Below are positions 10,701-17,129 of a DNA stretch of 32,000 nt, one piece after another. A program made the translations under genes and the position numbers. Under the pieces are notes generated by a model. It did not search any database. It was not told where the DNA came from and saw only the letters and a list, made by a program, of their open reading frames with translations. How positions within the stretch are numbered: position 1 is the first letter of the stretch; each line of letters begins with the position of its first letter. This DNA comes from Citrobacter portucalensis (GTDB lineage Bacteria > Pseudomonadota > Gammaproteobacteria > Enterobacterales > Enterobacteriaceae): positions 478,995-510,994 of the forward strand of contig NZ_MVFY01000002.1 in NCBI RefSeq assembly GCF_002042885.1, read 5' to 3'.

Positions 10701-11323
10701 TTCCATTTTGATAATCTTAAATAAGCATTTGCGCCTGCGCGTAAATAATCTCGCCAATACTCAACGCCTGCACCCATACGTGCGTGATGACGACTTAAAT
10801 CGTAGTCATAAAATAAGTTTGCGCCCAGCATTGAATTATCCGCCGTGAAGTAGCGATAACCCATACCGATATTAGTTTGGGTTCTGTCATCGGTACGGTG
10901 AAGCGATGTCTGGCTAAATAAAACATGCTGCTTTGTATCAACCCACGGATAAAGGAAATCGAACGCCGAATCTTTCAACGAGAAAGCGTCATCGACGTTG
11001 AGTTGAATACGCGCATTACCGTACTTCTGTAGCCACTCTACCACCTCCTTCGTTGCCTGTGCTGAGACGGTATTGGCAGCAAAACTGCCCGCATGGCCGT
11101 TTTCAATGCTTCTGCCAGCCTGCGCGGCGAGAGAAGACAGACCGCGCAGTTCTTGCTGTTCTGCGGTGGCCTGCGATGCCTTAACGGCTGACGCATGGCT
11201 GATGGTTGGCGTGAAGCTAAGAAGGGCAGGATACAGAGCCTGCAAAGCGATTGTTGACCATGCGACAACCTTATTAACGGGGCCTGTTGCCCCATTGCTC
11301 CGCGAAATTTTCTTATTTGACAT
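7781..11323 (-). CDS. Inverse autotransporter adhesin of the intimin/invasin family (beta-barrel plus a tandem Big_1 Ig-like domain array)
   Basis: Start moved to ATG 11323 (GGAG 7 nt upstream); the track start at 11341 is TTG. The N-terminal region matches the intimin/invasin beta-domain (GMGYRYF, GANLFYDYD, GAGVEYWRDYLR, GWDIYTQGWLPSYPQLGASLKYEKYYG). At least six Ig-like repeats carry the motif (D/K)xxGNP(L/F)(S/T/N)G. Confidence 0.85.
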   Translation of the reverse strand: MSNKKISRSNGATGPVNKVVAWSTIALQALYPALLSFTPTISHASAVKASQATAEQQELRGLSSLAAQAGRSIENGHAGSFAANTVSAQATKEVVEWLQKYGNARIQLNVDDAFSLKDSAFDFLYPWVDTKQHVLFSQTSLHRTDDRTQTNIGMGYRYFTADNSMLGANLFYDYDLSRHHARMGAGVEYWRDYLRAGANAYLRLSKWKDSHDLDDYQERPADGWDIYTQGWLPSYPQLGASLKYEKYYGKNVGLFGSDHLQENPYAFTGGISYTPVPLVTLSAEHKQGQSNTHDSRFGIEINYRPGIPLAKQLDSDNVALMREVQHGRYDFVERNNNIVLEYRKKSVLKIRLPESVQGEGGAVIPVTISLDKSHWGIQSVEWNDSAFTAAGGRISGSGTSWQLTLPAYTPGGTNHWQIGATARDVKGNVSNYAVMNVTVTGSSASVGTMDFTLNGEQQPIIAADGKSQHPVTLVLKDTNGNPLTGLAHDIELSLAFTPDAQRNRERSAQAPKLGEVQETRSGVYTATLTPGLTAGTARITAKVLGKTETLTVKLKAVSAEAAKSTFTVMPMEQVVGHPISLALEAKDKDGNAITGDDSLRFYAVSASGEVRFTAVEEKDGVYSAKATSELAQATRIGVTSQKHDFSGLEKQANWIADKTQPVVQAFNLTRDNALADGKQSNVAVVTLTDRYGNPLSGYTVTLALPPQVKIANGENVVKTDAKGEARFSLTSSTPGTYDITLSAGNISSSLSVTFASAMEGATLSLTAKDNGAITNIAANGRDGATLEIMLNNTAASVEGQKVELIVTPQGLVYPDKITTNKDGYATVTLTTVKAGHYTVNARVTDGQHSVESSSVGLEFVPDINSAVLNLTAPSESIVANASAAHEIQVQVVDGENNPFSGDVHLTSSPASGLKLGQSELTLDEKGMASTTFIAAEAGHYQLQATFIKEGKRVTASKAIEVVSDLQNAALTIEPSTTSAVVSDVDNVAFTLHLTDTSGNGVSNRKLKITATGPSPRDPLVIDNTLVTTNGSGTATVNVHGNKAGRYTLTATLAEHGSNVSANASITLNADAQNPVLTLEQDPGYAVANLEPVGFMARLQDKFGNPLNGSVEFSAGSKAKPGSGTFTMTPDKTNFKLGNAYSELRTDTAGVSWVRAKATTGDKTLEKVLTVWVVENHQPNS

Positions 11324-11693
11324 TTGTAACTCCAATATCAATTAAAAAAATCAAAGGTTATTCCATGTACTGAACGGGATGCGTAATATATGTATTTAGT
11401 AGGAAAATTCAAGAGTTGTTCATGGAGAAGTTAACTGGATATTTTTACACTATGCGGCATTGTGGGCTGGCTAACGATGTCGAACGTTTAAATGACGAAT
11501 GTATTTAATAAATACGTTTATTTTTATCGTGACGATTTTAAGCCTGTAGGGATATTATTTAACCATGGTCGTTCACTGTTAAATAAAAAGAGTTATCATG
11601 AAATTAATCTGCCTGTTCGTATTCAGCTATCATCACGTTCTCCGGATTTAAGTCTGGAACGTGTCAACGCTTTCAGGACGGGGCAAAGAGCAT

Positions 11694-11720
11694 AAAAAAG
11701 CCCGCATAAGCGGGCTTTTA
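11694..11720. terminator. Bidirectional-looking rho-independent terminator (possibly the displaced native ssrA terminator)
   Basis: AAAAAAGCCCGC-ATAA-GCGGGCTTTTA: 7-bp GC stem, 4-nt loop, A-run on one side and T-run on the other. The AAAAAAGCCCGC core also occurs at 22952-22963 next to ssrA. Confidence 0.55.
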
Positions 11721-11837
11721 TGTCACTCGGGAGCCGCGGCTCCTTTGCGTATCTTTTTTGTCTCCTCACCGTCTGGTCGGTGTCCAACTGAGACTGCTAA
11801 CTTCCTGTTATTGCTAGTGCTGTCCTGGCACTATCCA

Positions 11838-11867
11838 ATCATGTTTGGTGGGCTGGCGGAGTCTGAA
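11838..11867 (-). repeat. Degenerate copy of the ssrA 3' end plus junction; candidate distal att site of the satellite
   Basis: atcatgtttggtgggctggcggagtctgaa aligns with 23010-23041 atcatgatttggtggagctggcgggagttgaa. Differences are three single-base gaps and one extra base. Confidence 0.45.
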
Positions 11868-11921
11868 TAAAACATTCAACATTTTAAATATTAAGGCTTT
11901 TTCTGTATTCAACTTTCGGTT

Positions 11922-11944
11922 GTGTACCTAAACGTGTACCAATT
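11922..11944 (+). repeat. 23-bp exact direct repeat, copy 1 (putative integrase arm-type site)
   Basis: gtgtacctaaacgtgtaccaatt is identical to 22887-22909 and contains the internal tandem GTGTACC x2. It lies ~55 nt inside the left att candidate and overlaps the stop codon of the 166-aa ORF. Confidence 0.7.
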
Positions 11945-12443
11945 AAAAGATCTCAGGTTCAGCAACCTTGCTCCAGCGGAGTCTACTAATAGACTTGAAT
12001 TTTGCTATGCCTAGCTGATTTCGCTCATTTCTAGACTTTGATCCCGGAGCTTGAAGAGCTGCGACTACTACATCTCGTGATGCTTCATACATGGCAAAAG
12101 CATCATAATTTTCATCAAGCAAAACTAAAAGAACAGAATCAAATGGCTTAGATATATCAATAGCACCAATTCTCGCAGAAACTTTTTTACGATCAGGCAT
12201 GTATCGACCTTTGATTTGAACTCTATGCTCTTTCCCGTCCAAAAGCTCAGTTGCATCATATCCAGACTGACGTGCTGAACACAGTGATAACCCAAGAAGA
12301 GTTGCAGCCTCATATTCAGCTATTTCTCCAGTGATTCCGAGAGGCTTATTGGTTAATTTGTAATACCTTAGCGCCACATCTTTAGCTTCATTTAGTATGT
12401 TTAAAATTTTTTCATGGTTTTCTTGAAGCAAAATAGTCCCCAT
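11943..12443 (-). CDS. Hypothetical 166-aa protein with a PD-(D/E)xK-like core (satellite cargo gene)
   Basis: GAGGGA lies 6 nt upstream of the ATG. Motif series GE40IAE43...GYD63A...VQ76IK78 (nt 12210-12257). AT-rich relative to the satellite core. Function is inferred from the motif pattern only. Confidence 0.55.
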   Translation of the reverse strand: MGTILLQENHEKILNILNEAKDVALRYYKLTNKPLGITGEIAEYEAATLLGLSLCSARQSGYDATELLDGKEHRVQIKGRYMPDRKKVSARIGAIDISKPFDSVLLVLLDENYDAFAMYEASRDVVVAALQAPGSKSRNERNQLGIAKFKSISRLRWSKVAEPEIF

Positions 12444-12567
12444 AAAATTCCCTCTGGCTTAACACGTTACGAATTAATGTGCTGTCTTGGTTAGGCTTTC
12501 AGCTAACTTGGATCTTTCCATAGAGTATGGAGAGCTACATCATACTCAAAAATAGTTTTTTTGCATT

Positions 12568-12835
12568 TAACTGTTCACACTGTTCACCACGCTGATTTCC
12601 TATTTTAAATCATACAGATAAATGGTGATGAGTTGGTGAAGAGTGAACAGTCGACTCTTCACCTTTGTGATTTTTGCTCGTTCTGGATCTGCCCGGTCGG
12701 GCGATGTGAGGGGTGATAAAAAGTTTTTTCAGGTTTTACTGTTCACACTGTTCATCTCTGGTTTTTTATCAATAATTTCATGGTGATACAGGGTGAATAT
12801 ACGGTGAAGGGTGAACAGTGGATTGTTCACCTTGT
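12568..12835. repeat. crr-like cis replication region: two ~95-bp direct modules of TGTTCACC-type iterons
   Basis: Module 1 spans 12571-12663 (ctgttcacactgttcacc ... ggtgaagagtgaacagtcgactcttcacc). Module 2 spans 12739-12831 (ctgttcacactgttcatc ... ggtgaagggtgaacagtggattgttcacc). They are offset by 168 bp and lie just downstream of alpha, as in P4. Confidence 0.65.
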
Positions 12836-12850
12836 GGCAATGACCAGAAA

Positions 12851-12875
12851 GGAAAAGACCGGCTGTTGCCGGTCT
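12851..12875 (-). terminator. Rho-independent terminator after alpha
   Basis: Minus strand reads AGACCGGC-AACA-GCCGGTCT followed by TTTTCCTTTC, starting 9 nt after the alpha stop codon. Confidence 0.6.
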
Positions 12876-12883
12876 GAGTGAGG

Positions 12884-15217
12884 TTATGTTGCTGCGGGGT
12901 CGTCGCACTTCGGCAGCCAGTCGCCGTAGCTTTCCTCTTTCAGCGACAGATTGGTTTGTATCCCCTGCTTGGTGTGTCGCTTCTCATAATTCAGGCCGTA
13001 CTCTTTCAGCATCATGGGTAGCCCCAGCCCGAACATTTTCAGGCTGAGCACGTTCCTGTACCCGTTAGCCTCCATATACGTCAGATACGCGTGATAAAGA
13101 TATTTACGGTAATTACGTGGGATAATACTGGCATTACCCATAAACATCCCGTTGGTCTGCGGGAGCATTTCCAGATAGCCGCAAAAATCAAATGTCGGGT
13201 CAGCATCGCGCTTGATGCTGAGCGCCTCGTCGGAGTTCTGCTGCGACTGGAGCAGTGCGCGGGCGTTCATCGGATCGCTGAACTTCTGCATAAGCTGGCG
13301 CACAATGACGGCCAGCTCGCGCGCAATTTTATCCCTGAGCTGCGGGTCGCGTTCCTCCGGGGCAATCTGTTCCGGGAAGTGAATAATCACCCGGCGGCGC
13401 GACACACCGCCGCTGCGGTCGGTGAAGCGCATCGGGTTATTGTTCACGGCCAGAATCACCGCCGGAATATGTGTTGAGTAGGGGTTCTGGTATTTCGGGT
13501 CAACCGAGACCGCATCGCCGCCGGTGATGGCCTTAAGCCCTGCGCCGTCACCGCTCCATTTTTCCTGGTCAGGCAGACGGATTAGCGAGAAGCCAATCAG
13601 GGAGGCACGCTTGCGCGGGTCTTCCAGTGTGTCGATATCGGCTGACGTGGCGTTATCTTCCCCGGCGAGCAGGGTCGCGATTTCAGCCAGAATACTTTTG
13701 CCGCTCCCGCCGGGACCGGTGACTTCGAGAAAGAGCTGCCAGTCGTAACGGTTCGCCAGCACCATAAACAGCGCAGCCAGAATCACGTCACGTTTTTGGG
13801 GATTTTTACCGGCCGCACGGTCGAGCCAGCGCCAGAAGTTCGGCGCGTGAGTCTCCAGCGTTTCCCCCTCCACCGGCGGGGTAAAATCCACATCACACAG
13901 CGTGCGCAGCCAGTGCGATTTGTGGTGCGGGCTGAATACGCCGCTTTGGGTATCAAGTACCCCGTTGCGAAAGCCAATCAGACGACGTGCCGGTGTATCC
14001 TGCTGCTGAATAATCAGTTTCAGGGTCTCCACCACCGAGGCAATTTTCCCGGACGAGAACGGGGCGCGCAGACGCTGGAATAAGTCAGCCACATTTCGTG
14101 AGAAAGTGGCGGCAGGGATATTTTTCCAGATGCCGTTTTCATAGCGGGACAGGAGCTGGCCGTTCGCATCCACCGCCAGCGCTTCGCCGTAATGCTCATG
14201 CACCCGCAAGGCCTTGTCGCTGGCGCTCATGGCGGTAAATTCCGCCTCGCTCATGGTGTCGAACGGACTTTGCGCCGGTGGCCGGATAGCGTCATAAATG
14301 GCTTTCCGGGTGGCTTCTTCACCTTTCTGCATAAACGCATCATTCCAGTCACCGAACACCGGCGGCAGGGCAACAATGCCCTCACAGGCATTTGCGGCCG
14401 CAGCGGCTTTACTCTGGCCATCGCCGTTCAGGTCACGGTCGGCGGCGAGCACAATCTGACAGGCCGGATATTTCTGACGGGCAAGGCTCGCCAGAGAAAG
14501 GAGGTTTACCGACGACAGCGCCACCATGACGGTTTCCCCGGTCAGGTGATGCACGGTGAGCGCGGTCGCATACCCCTCCGCAATCCACAGGCGTTTTCCG
14601 GCCTGTTTTTTCCCTTCGATGATATGACATGCCCCTTTGACCTGACCGCCTTTCAGGGTGCGTTTGAGACCGTCTGCATTGATAAGCTGAAGGTTAACCA
14701 GTGCGCCGGTATCATCATACAGCGGGACAACCACATCACCGGCGCGGAACGTCACGCCGCCGGTTTTATGTATGGCGGTGAGCGTCAGACATTCCAGAGC
14801 GGGGAAACCCTTGCAGGTGAGGTAGGCATTGCCGGTGGCCGGTCGGGTTTTCTCCATGAGCCTGACGGCCAGCGCGGTCGCCGCTTTGCGGTCGGCCTCC
14901 GTTTCAGCCTCTGCGGCCGCAATCACTTCCGGGGCAACCGGCGGCAGGTTGCCGGTCACGGCGTTTATCTTTCCGGCAGCCTCTGACGGGGTTACGCCAA
15001 ACACTTTCTCTACCAGCTTAAGCCCGTCACCTGCGCCACACTGATTGCAGAACCACGTCCCGCGCCCTTCTTTATCGTCAAAGCGGAAACGGTCAGAGCC
15101 GCCACACACCGGACAGGCCTGATGGCGGTTTTTAATCACCTTCACACCCAGCGCAGGGAGAATGTGCGGCCAGTGGCCGTACGCCTGTTTTACCGTTTCT
15201 GTTACGTTCATTTTCAT
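12884..15217 (-). CDS. P4 alpha-type primase-helicase (origin-binding replication protein)
   Basis: Start moved to ATG 15217 (GAGGGAGA upstream), giving 777 aa, the length I recall for P4 alpha. Zinc ribbon CPVCGGSDRF..CNQCG, TOPRIM-like WIAEGYATAL and AADRDLNGDG, Walker A GPGGSGKS. Confidence 0.9.
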   Translation of the reverse strand: MKMNVTETVKQAYGHWPHILPALGVKVIKNRHQACPVCGGSDRFRFDDKEGRGTWFCNQCGAGDGLKLVEKVFGVTPSEAAGKINAVTGNLPPVAPEVIAAAEAETEADRKAATALAVRLMEKTRPATGNAYLTCKGFPALECLTLTAIHKTGGVTFRAGDVVVPLYDDTGALVNLQLINADGLKRTLKGGQVKGACHIIEGKKQAGKRLWIAEGYATALTVHHLTGETVMVALSSVNLLSLASLARQKYPACQIVLAADRDLNGDGQSKAAAAANACEGIVALPPVFGDWNDAFMQKGEEATRKAIYDAIRPPAQSPFDTMSEAEFTAMSASDKALRVHEHYGEALAVDANGQLLSRYENGIWKNIPAATFSRNVADLFQRLRAPFSSGKIASVVETLKLIIQQQDTPARRLIGFRNGVLDTQSGVFSPHHKSHWLRTLCDVDFTPPVEGETLETHAPNFWRWLDRAAGKNPQKRDVILAALFMVLANRYDWQLFLEVTGPGGSGKSILAEIATLLAGEDNATSADIDTLEDPRKRASLIGFSLIRLPDQEKWSGDGAGLKAITGGDAVSVDPKYQNPYSTHIPAVILAVNNNPMRFTDRSGGVSRRRVIIHFPEQIAPEERDPQLRDKIARELAVIVRQLMQKFSDPMNARALLQSQQNSDEALSIKRDADPTFDFCGYLEMLPQTNGMFMGNASIIPRNYRKYLYHAYLTYMEANGYRNVLSLKMFGLGLPMMLKEYGLNYEKRHTKQGIQTNLSLKEESYGDWLPKCDDPAAT

Positions 15218-15231
15218 TGTTGTTTTCTCCC

Positions 15232-15552
15232 TCAGTGCAGTACCTGCGACGTGATATGACGGGCGCAAAGCTCATCCATCACGGCCAGCCCGAGAAAGGA
15301 CAGCGACGGGGCGGCTTTCAGTGGTCCGGCTTCCATTAAATCTTCCAGCAGGGCACAGGCAATCTGACGGCCTTTTTCCTCGCCGTGCTGGCGCAGGTAG
15401 AAGCCCTCCAGCTCGGCGGCAATGGCGCTTTCCAGTGCATCAAGGGTGAGGTGCGGATAGCGGTGCTGGCGTTCGCACAGGGTCAGCCAGGCACAGGCCA
15501 CGGCGCGACGATACAGCGCGGCGCGTAATACAGGCGGTAATGGGTTTTTCAT
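15232..15552 (-). CDS. Hypothetical protein in the position, and of the length (106 aa), of P4 orf106
   Basis: ORF directly upstream of alpha. Its start overlaps the stop of the preceding ORF (15549-15552). No motif recognised. Confidence 0.65.
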   Translation of the reverse strand: MKNPLPPVLRAALYRRAVACAWLTLCERQHRYPHLTLDALESAIAAELEGFYLRQHGEEKGRQIACALLEDLMEAGPLKAAPSLSFLGLAVMDELCARHITSQVLH

Positions 15553-15776
15553 ACATTGCCCTCCCCGGTCAGCCAGTGCTGATTGCAGCGTTCGACCACG
15601 CCATCGAGCTGGGCGGTCATGAGGTAAATCACGGAGGTGAGCTGTAACTGCTGCGCAGGGTCACGACGAACGGTGGCGCAGTCCTGTACCTGCATCAGAT
15701 CGCCGACGAGCTGGCCGACATTGCGCATATGCTCCAGACATTCGAGGTCACGGGCGGTAATGGTGGTGTGTCTCAT
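15549..15776 (-). CDS. Hypothetical 75-aa protein of the satellite left operon
   Basis: 4-nt overlaps with both neighbouring ORFs indicate translational coupling. No motif recognised. Confidence 0.5.
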   Translation of the reverse strand: MRHTTITARDLECLEHMRNVGQLVGDLMQVQDCATVRRDPAQQLQLTSVIYLMTAQLDGVVERCNQHWLTGEGNV

Positions 15777-15967
15777 GCGCGCTCCTCCGCAACCGGCAGG
15801 CGGCCAGCAAACGAGAGGACGTAATCGCGAACGAGGGAAAGGCGTGCGGCGTGCTCGTCATCGGCAACGGTGCGAAGCATACAGATACGGGGTTTACGGT
15901 CTGCGCGACGAACAGCGGCAAACACAAAGACAAACTGCGGGTGTGACGGGGTGAGGGTCGTAGCCAT
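15773..15967 (-). CDS. Small Icd-like (host cell division inhibitor-like) protein, 64 aa
   Basis: ATG 15967 with AGGAGG 7 nt upstream. The sequence [31 protein letters not shown]...[10 protein letters not shown] resembles the Icd-like small proteins of P4-type islands as I recall them. The 183-aa upstream extension was rejected. Confidence 0.55.
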   Translation of the reverse strand: MATTLTPSHPQFVFVFAAVRRADRKPRICMLRTVADDEHAARLSLVRDYVLSFAGRLPVAEERA

Positions 15968-15978
15968 GATGGCAACCT

Positions 15979-16019
15979 CCTGTGAATAGCGGTTATTGCC
16001 ACCACCGGAGTTCCTACGC
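15979..16019 (-). promoter_or_regulatory. seqC-like target of the immunity RNA, overlapping the Shine-Dalgarno of the Icd-like gene
   Basis: The RNA reads GCGUAGGAAC...UAUUCACAGGAGG. GUAGGAA and UUCACAGG are complementary to UUCCUAC and UCUGUGAA in the seqB candidate at 16044-16065. Confidence 0.45.
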
Positions 16020-16021
16020 TC

Positions 16022-16105
16022 ATGGGTGGTGACCCGAACGGGGGTAGGAATACCGGCTTCACAGAATACCGGCCAGCCCGAAAGCTGCCCCGCCCGGACC
16101 ACCAT
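16022..16105 (-). ncRNA. Candidate P4 CI-type immunity RNA (contains the seqB element); ends approximate
   Basis: An outer stem AUGGUGGU/ACCACC(C)AU encloses ~70 nt containing AUUCUGUGAAGCCGGUAUUCCUAC. This is complementary to two flanking sites (seqA 16201-16226, seqC 15979-16019). It sits in a non-coding gap between orf88-like and the first left-operon ORF, as cI does in P4. Confidence 0.45.
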
Positions 16106-16170
16106 TATCTGACAGGGGCTATGGAATAAGCACCACAGCCCGAAAAATGGGTGTGCCTGAGCAACGACGT

Positions 16171-16193
16171 AAAAAAAGACGCATGGCGCGTCT
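16171..16193 (-). terminator. Rho-independent terminator immediately after seqA (immunity terminator candidate)
   Basis: Minus strand reads AGACGC-GCCAU-GCGUCU followed by UUUUUUU. Confidence 0.6.
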
Positions 16194-16200
16194 GTTGTCG

Positions 16201-16226
16201 CCTGTGAATTACACGGGTTCCTACGC
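16201..16226 (-). promoter_or_regulatory. seqA-like target of the immunity RNA
   Basis: The RNA reads GCGUAGGAACCCGUGUAAUUCACAGG, with the same two half-sites as seqC, complementary to the seqB candidate. Confidence 0.45.
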
Positions 16227-16255
16227 CCGGCTGCCGATTTTGCGGCAGCGGGAAA

Positions 16256-16285
16256 ACTATACCTGGAAACGGCGAAAAGAAGCAA
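16256..16285 (-). promoter_or_regulatory. Sigma70 promoter candidate for the left operon (PLE-like)
   Basis: Minus strand has TTGCTT (16285-16280), an 18-nt spacer, then TATAGT (16261-16256). The predicted start is just before a GCTGCCG/CGGCAGC hairpin and seqA. Confidence 0.5.
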
Positions 16286-16320
16286 GCCAGAAAAAGAGGC
16301 TGTTTGCTGAATGGTCATCA

Positions 16321-16587
16321 TCATGCGTCATAGCCCCGGTTGCGTTCGGCGATGCGATCCGCCATCCATGCGGTGATTTCAGACTGCGCCCACGCCACGT
16401 TTTTACCACCGAGGGAGATTTGTTTCGGGAAGGCTTCCCGGCTGATGAGGTCGTAAATGGTCGAGCGGGACAGGCCGCACAGATGCATCACTTCGGGCAG
16501 ACGGATAAAACGCTCGTGAACGGTATCAGAAACCGGCATCAGCGGCACGGCAGGGGCAGAAGACGGGGAAGAAAAAGCGGTGTGCAT
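16321..16587 (-). CDS. AlpA-family / P4 orf88-like helix-turn-helix regulator (88 aa)
   Basis: [50 protein letters not shown] is the typical AlpA/prophage CP4-57 regulator motif. GAGGTAG lies upstream of the ATG. Same length as P4 orf88. Confidence 0.8.
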   Translation of the reverse strand: MHTAFSSPSSAPAVPLMPVSDTVHERFIRLPEVMHLCGLSRSTIYDLISREAFPKQISLGGKNVAWAQSEITAWMADRIAERNRGYDA

Positions 16588-16726
16588 CGGGCTACCTCAC
16601 AAAGTCCATACAGTGCCGGTCGTGTCCGTCCGGCTTCGGGTAGCTCTCTATTTTGTGAATATTTTCCCTCAGGGCAACAAGTCATTTTGTAGTGCTTTAC
16701 CACACAACAGAACGATTTTTATACAG

Positions 16727-16763
16727 TGGTAATCGTTGGCAATCTTTTGGTAATTGTTGGCAA
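16727..16763 (+). repeat. Two 16-bp direct repeats, 21 bp apart centre to centre, in the divergent control region
   Basis: tggtaatcgttggcaa (16727-16742) and tggtaattgttggcaa (16748-16763) share 15/16 identity. Confidence 0.5.
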
Positions 16764-16855
16764 ACTGATGGCCTATTCATGATTACTTTTATTTATATAT
16801 TTTCACTTTTTAATCGTTAAAAAGTCTAAGTGATTGGCTGACTGAAAAAAGGGAG

Positions 16856-16906
16856 GGTGAACAGTGGTGAACAGACGGTGAACAGTCAGCCCCCTAACTG
16901 TTCACC
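16856..16906. repeat. ori-like iteron cluster (GGTGAACAG x3 plus an inverted CTGTTCACC)
   Basis: ggtgaacag at 16856, 16866 and 16877; ctgttcacc at 16898-16906; degenerate gttgaacag and tagtgaatag at 16942-16960. This is the same octamer core as the crr modules. Confidence 0.6.
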
Positions 16907-17037
16907 ACTTATCTTACTGTATTACTTATCTTTTTTCTTAAGTTGAACAGTAGTGAATAGTTAATCGTAAAAAAACAAACAGAGAGAGGGGTTTTCCTGC
17001 GACCTTTCTCTGGCCAGCCGGGTTTTGAAGTCCTGTT

Positions 17038-17055
17038 TGTGCCATGTCTGCTACA
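17038..17055 (+). promoter_or_regulatory. P2/P4 late-promoter activator site (TGT-N12-ACA dyad) upstream of sid
   Basis: TGT (17038-17040), 12 nt, ACA (17053-17055). A CAGAAT -10-like hexamer at 17090-17095 puts the predicted start near 17102, about 55 nt from the dyad centre. That is the spacing known for Ogr/Delta-activated promoters. Confidence 0.45.
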
Positions 17056-17129
17056 ACCGCAATGAATCGAGTTGTTGTCTGAGGGACGGCAGAATGGCGT
17101 CAGGTTGAAAACACAGAGAGAACCCGACG

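Noticed and set aside
11661-11870. 69-aa plus-strand ORF
   Set aside because: It reads through the terminator hairpin and the degenerate ssrA 3' copy, and has no RBS.
12568-12835. Possible CRISPR-like array because of many short repeats
   Set aside because: The repeats are 8-9 bp, occur in both orientations and are irregularly spaced, with no cas genes nearby. The pattern fits replication iterons organised as two direct modules.
14192-14986. 264-aa plus-strand ORF inside alpha
   Set aside because: It is antisense to the primase-helicase gene, whose zinc ribbon, TOPRIM and Walker A motifs fix the true frame.
15968-16324. N-terminal extension making a 183-aa ORF out of the Icd-like gene
   Set aside because: The extension runs through a promoter, a strong terminator and the complementary seqA/seqB/seqC elements. 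A strong AGGAGG-ATG lies at 15967. The region is better explained as the P4-type RNA immunity leader.
16147-16692. 181-aa plus-strand ORF across the immunity region and the AlpA-like gene
   Set aside because: It is antisense to the AlpA-family CDS with its clear HTH motif. The translation is Arg-rich and unconvincing.
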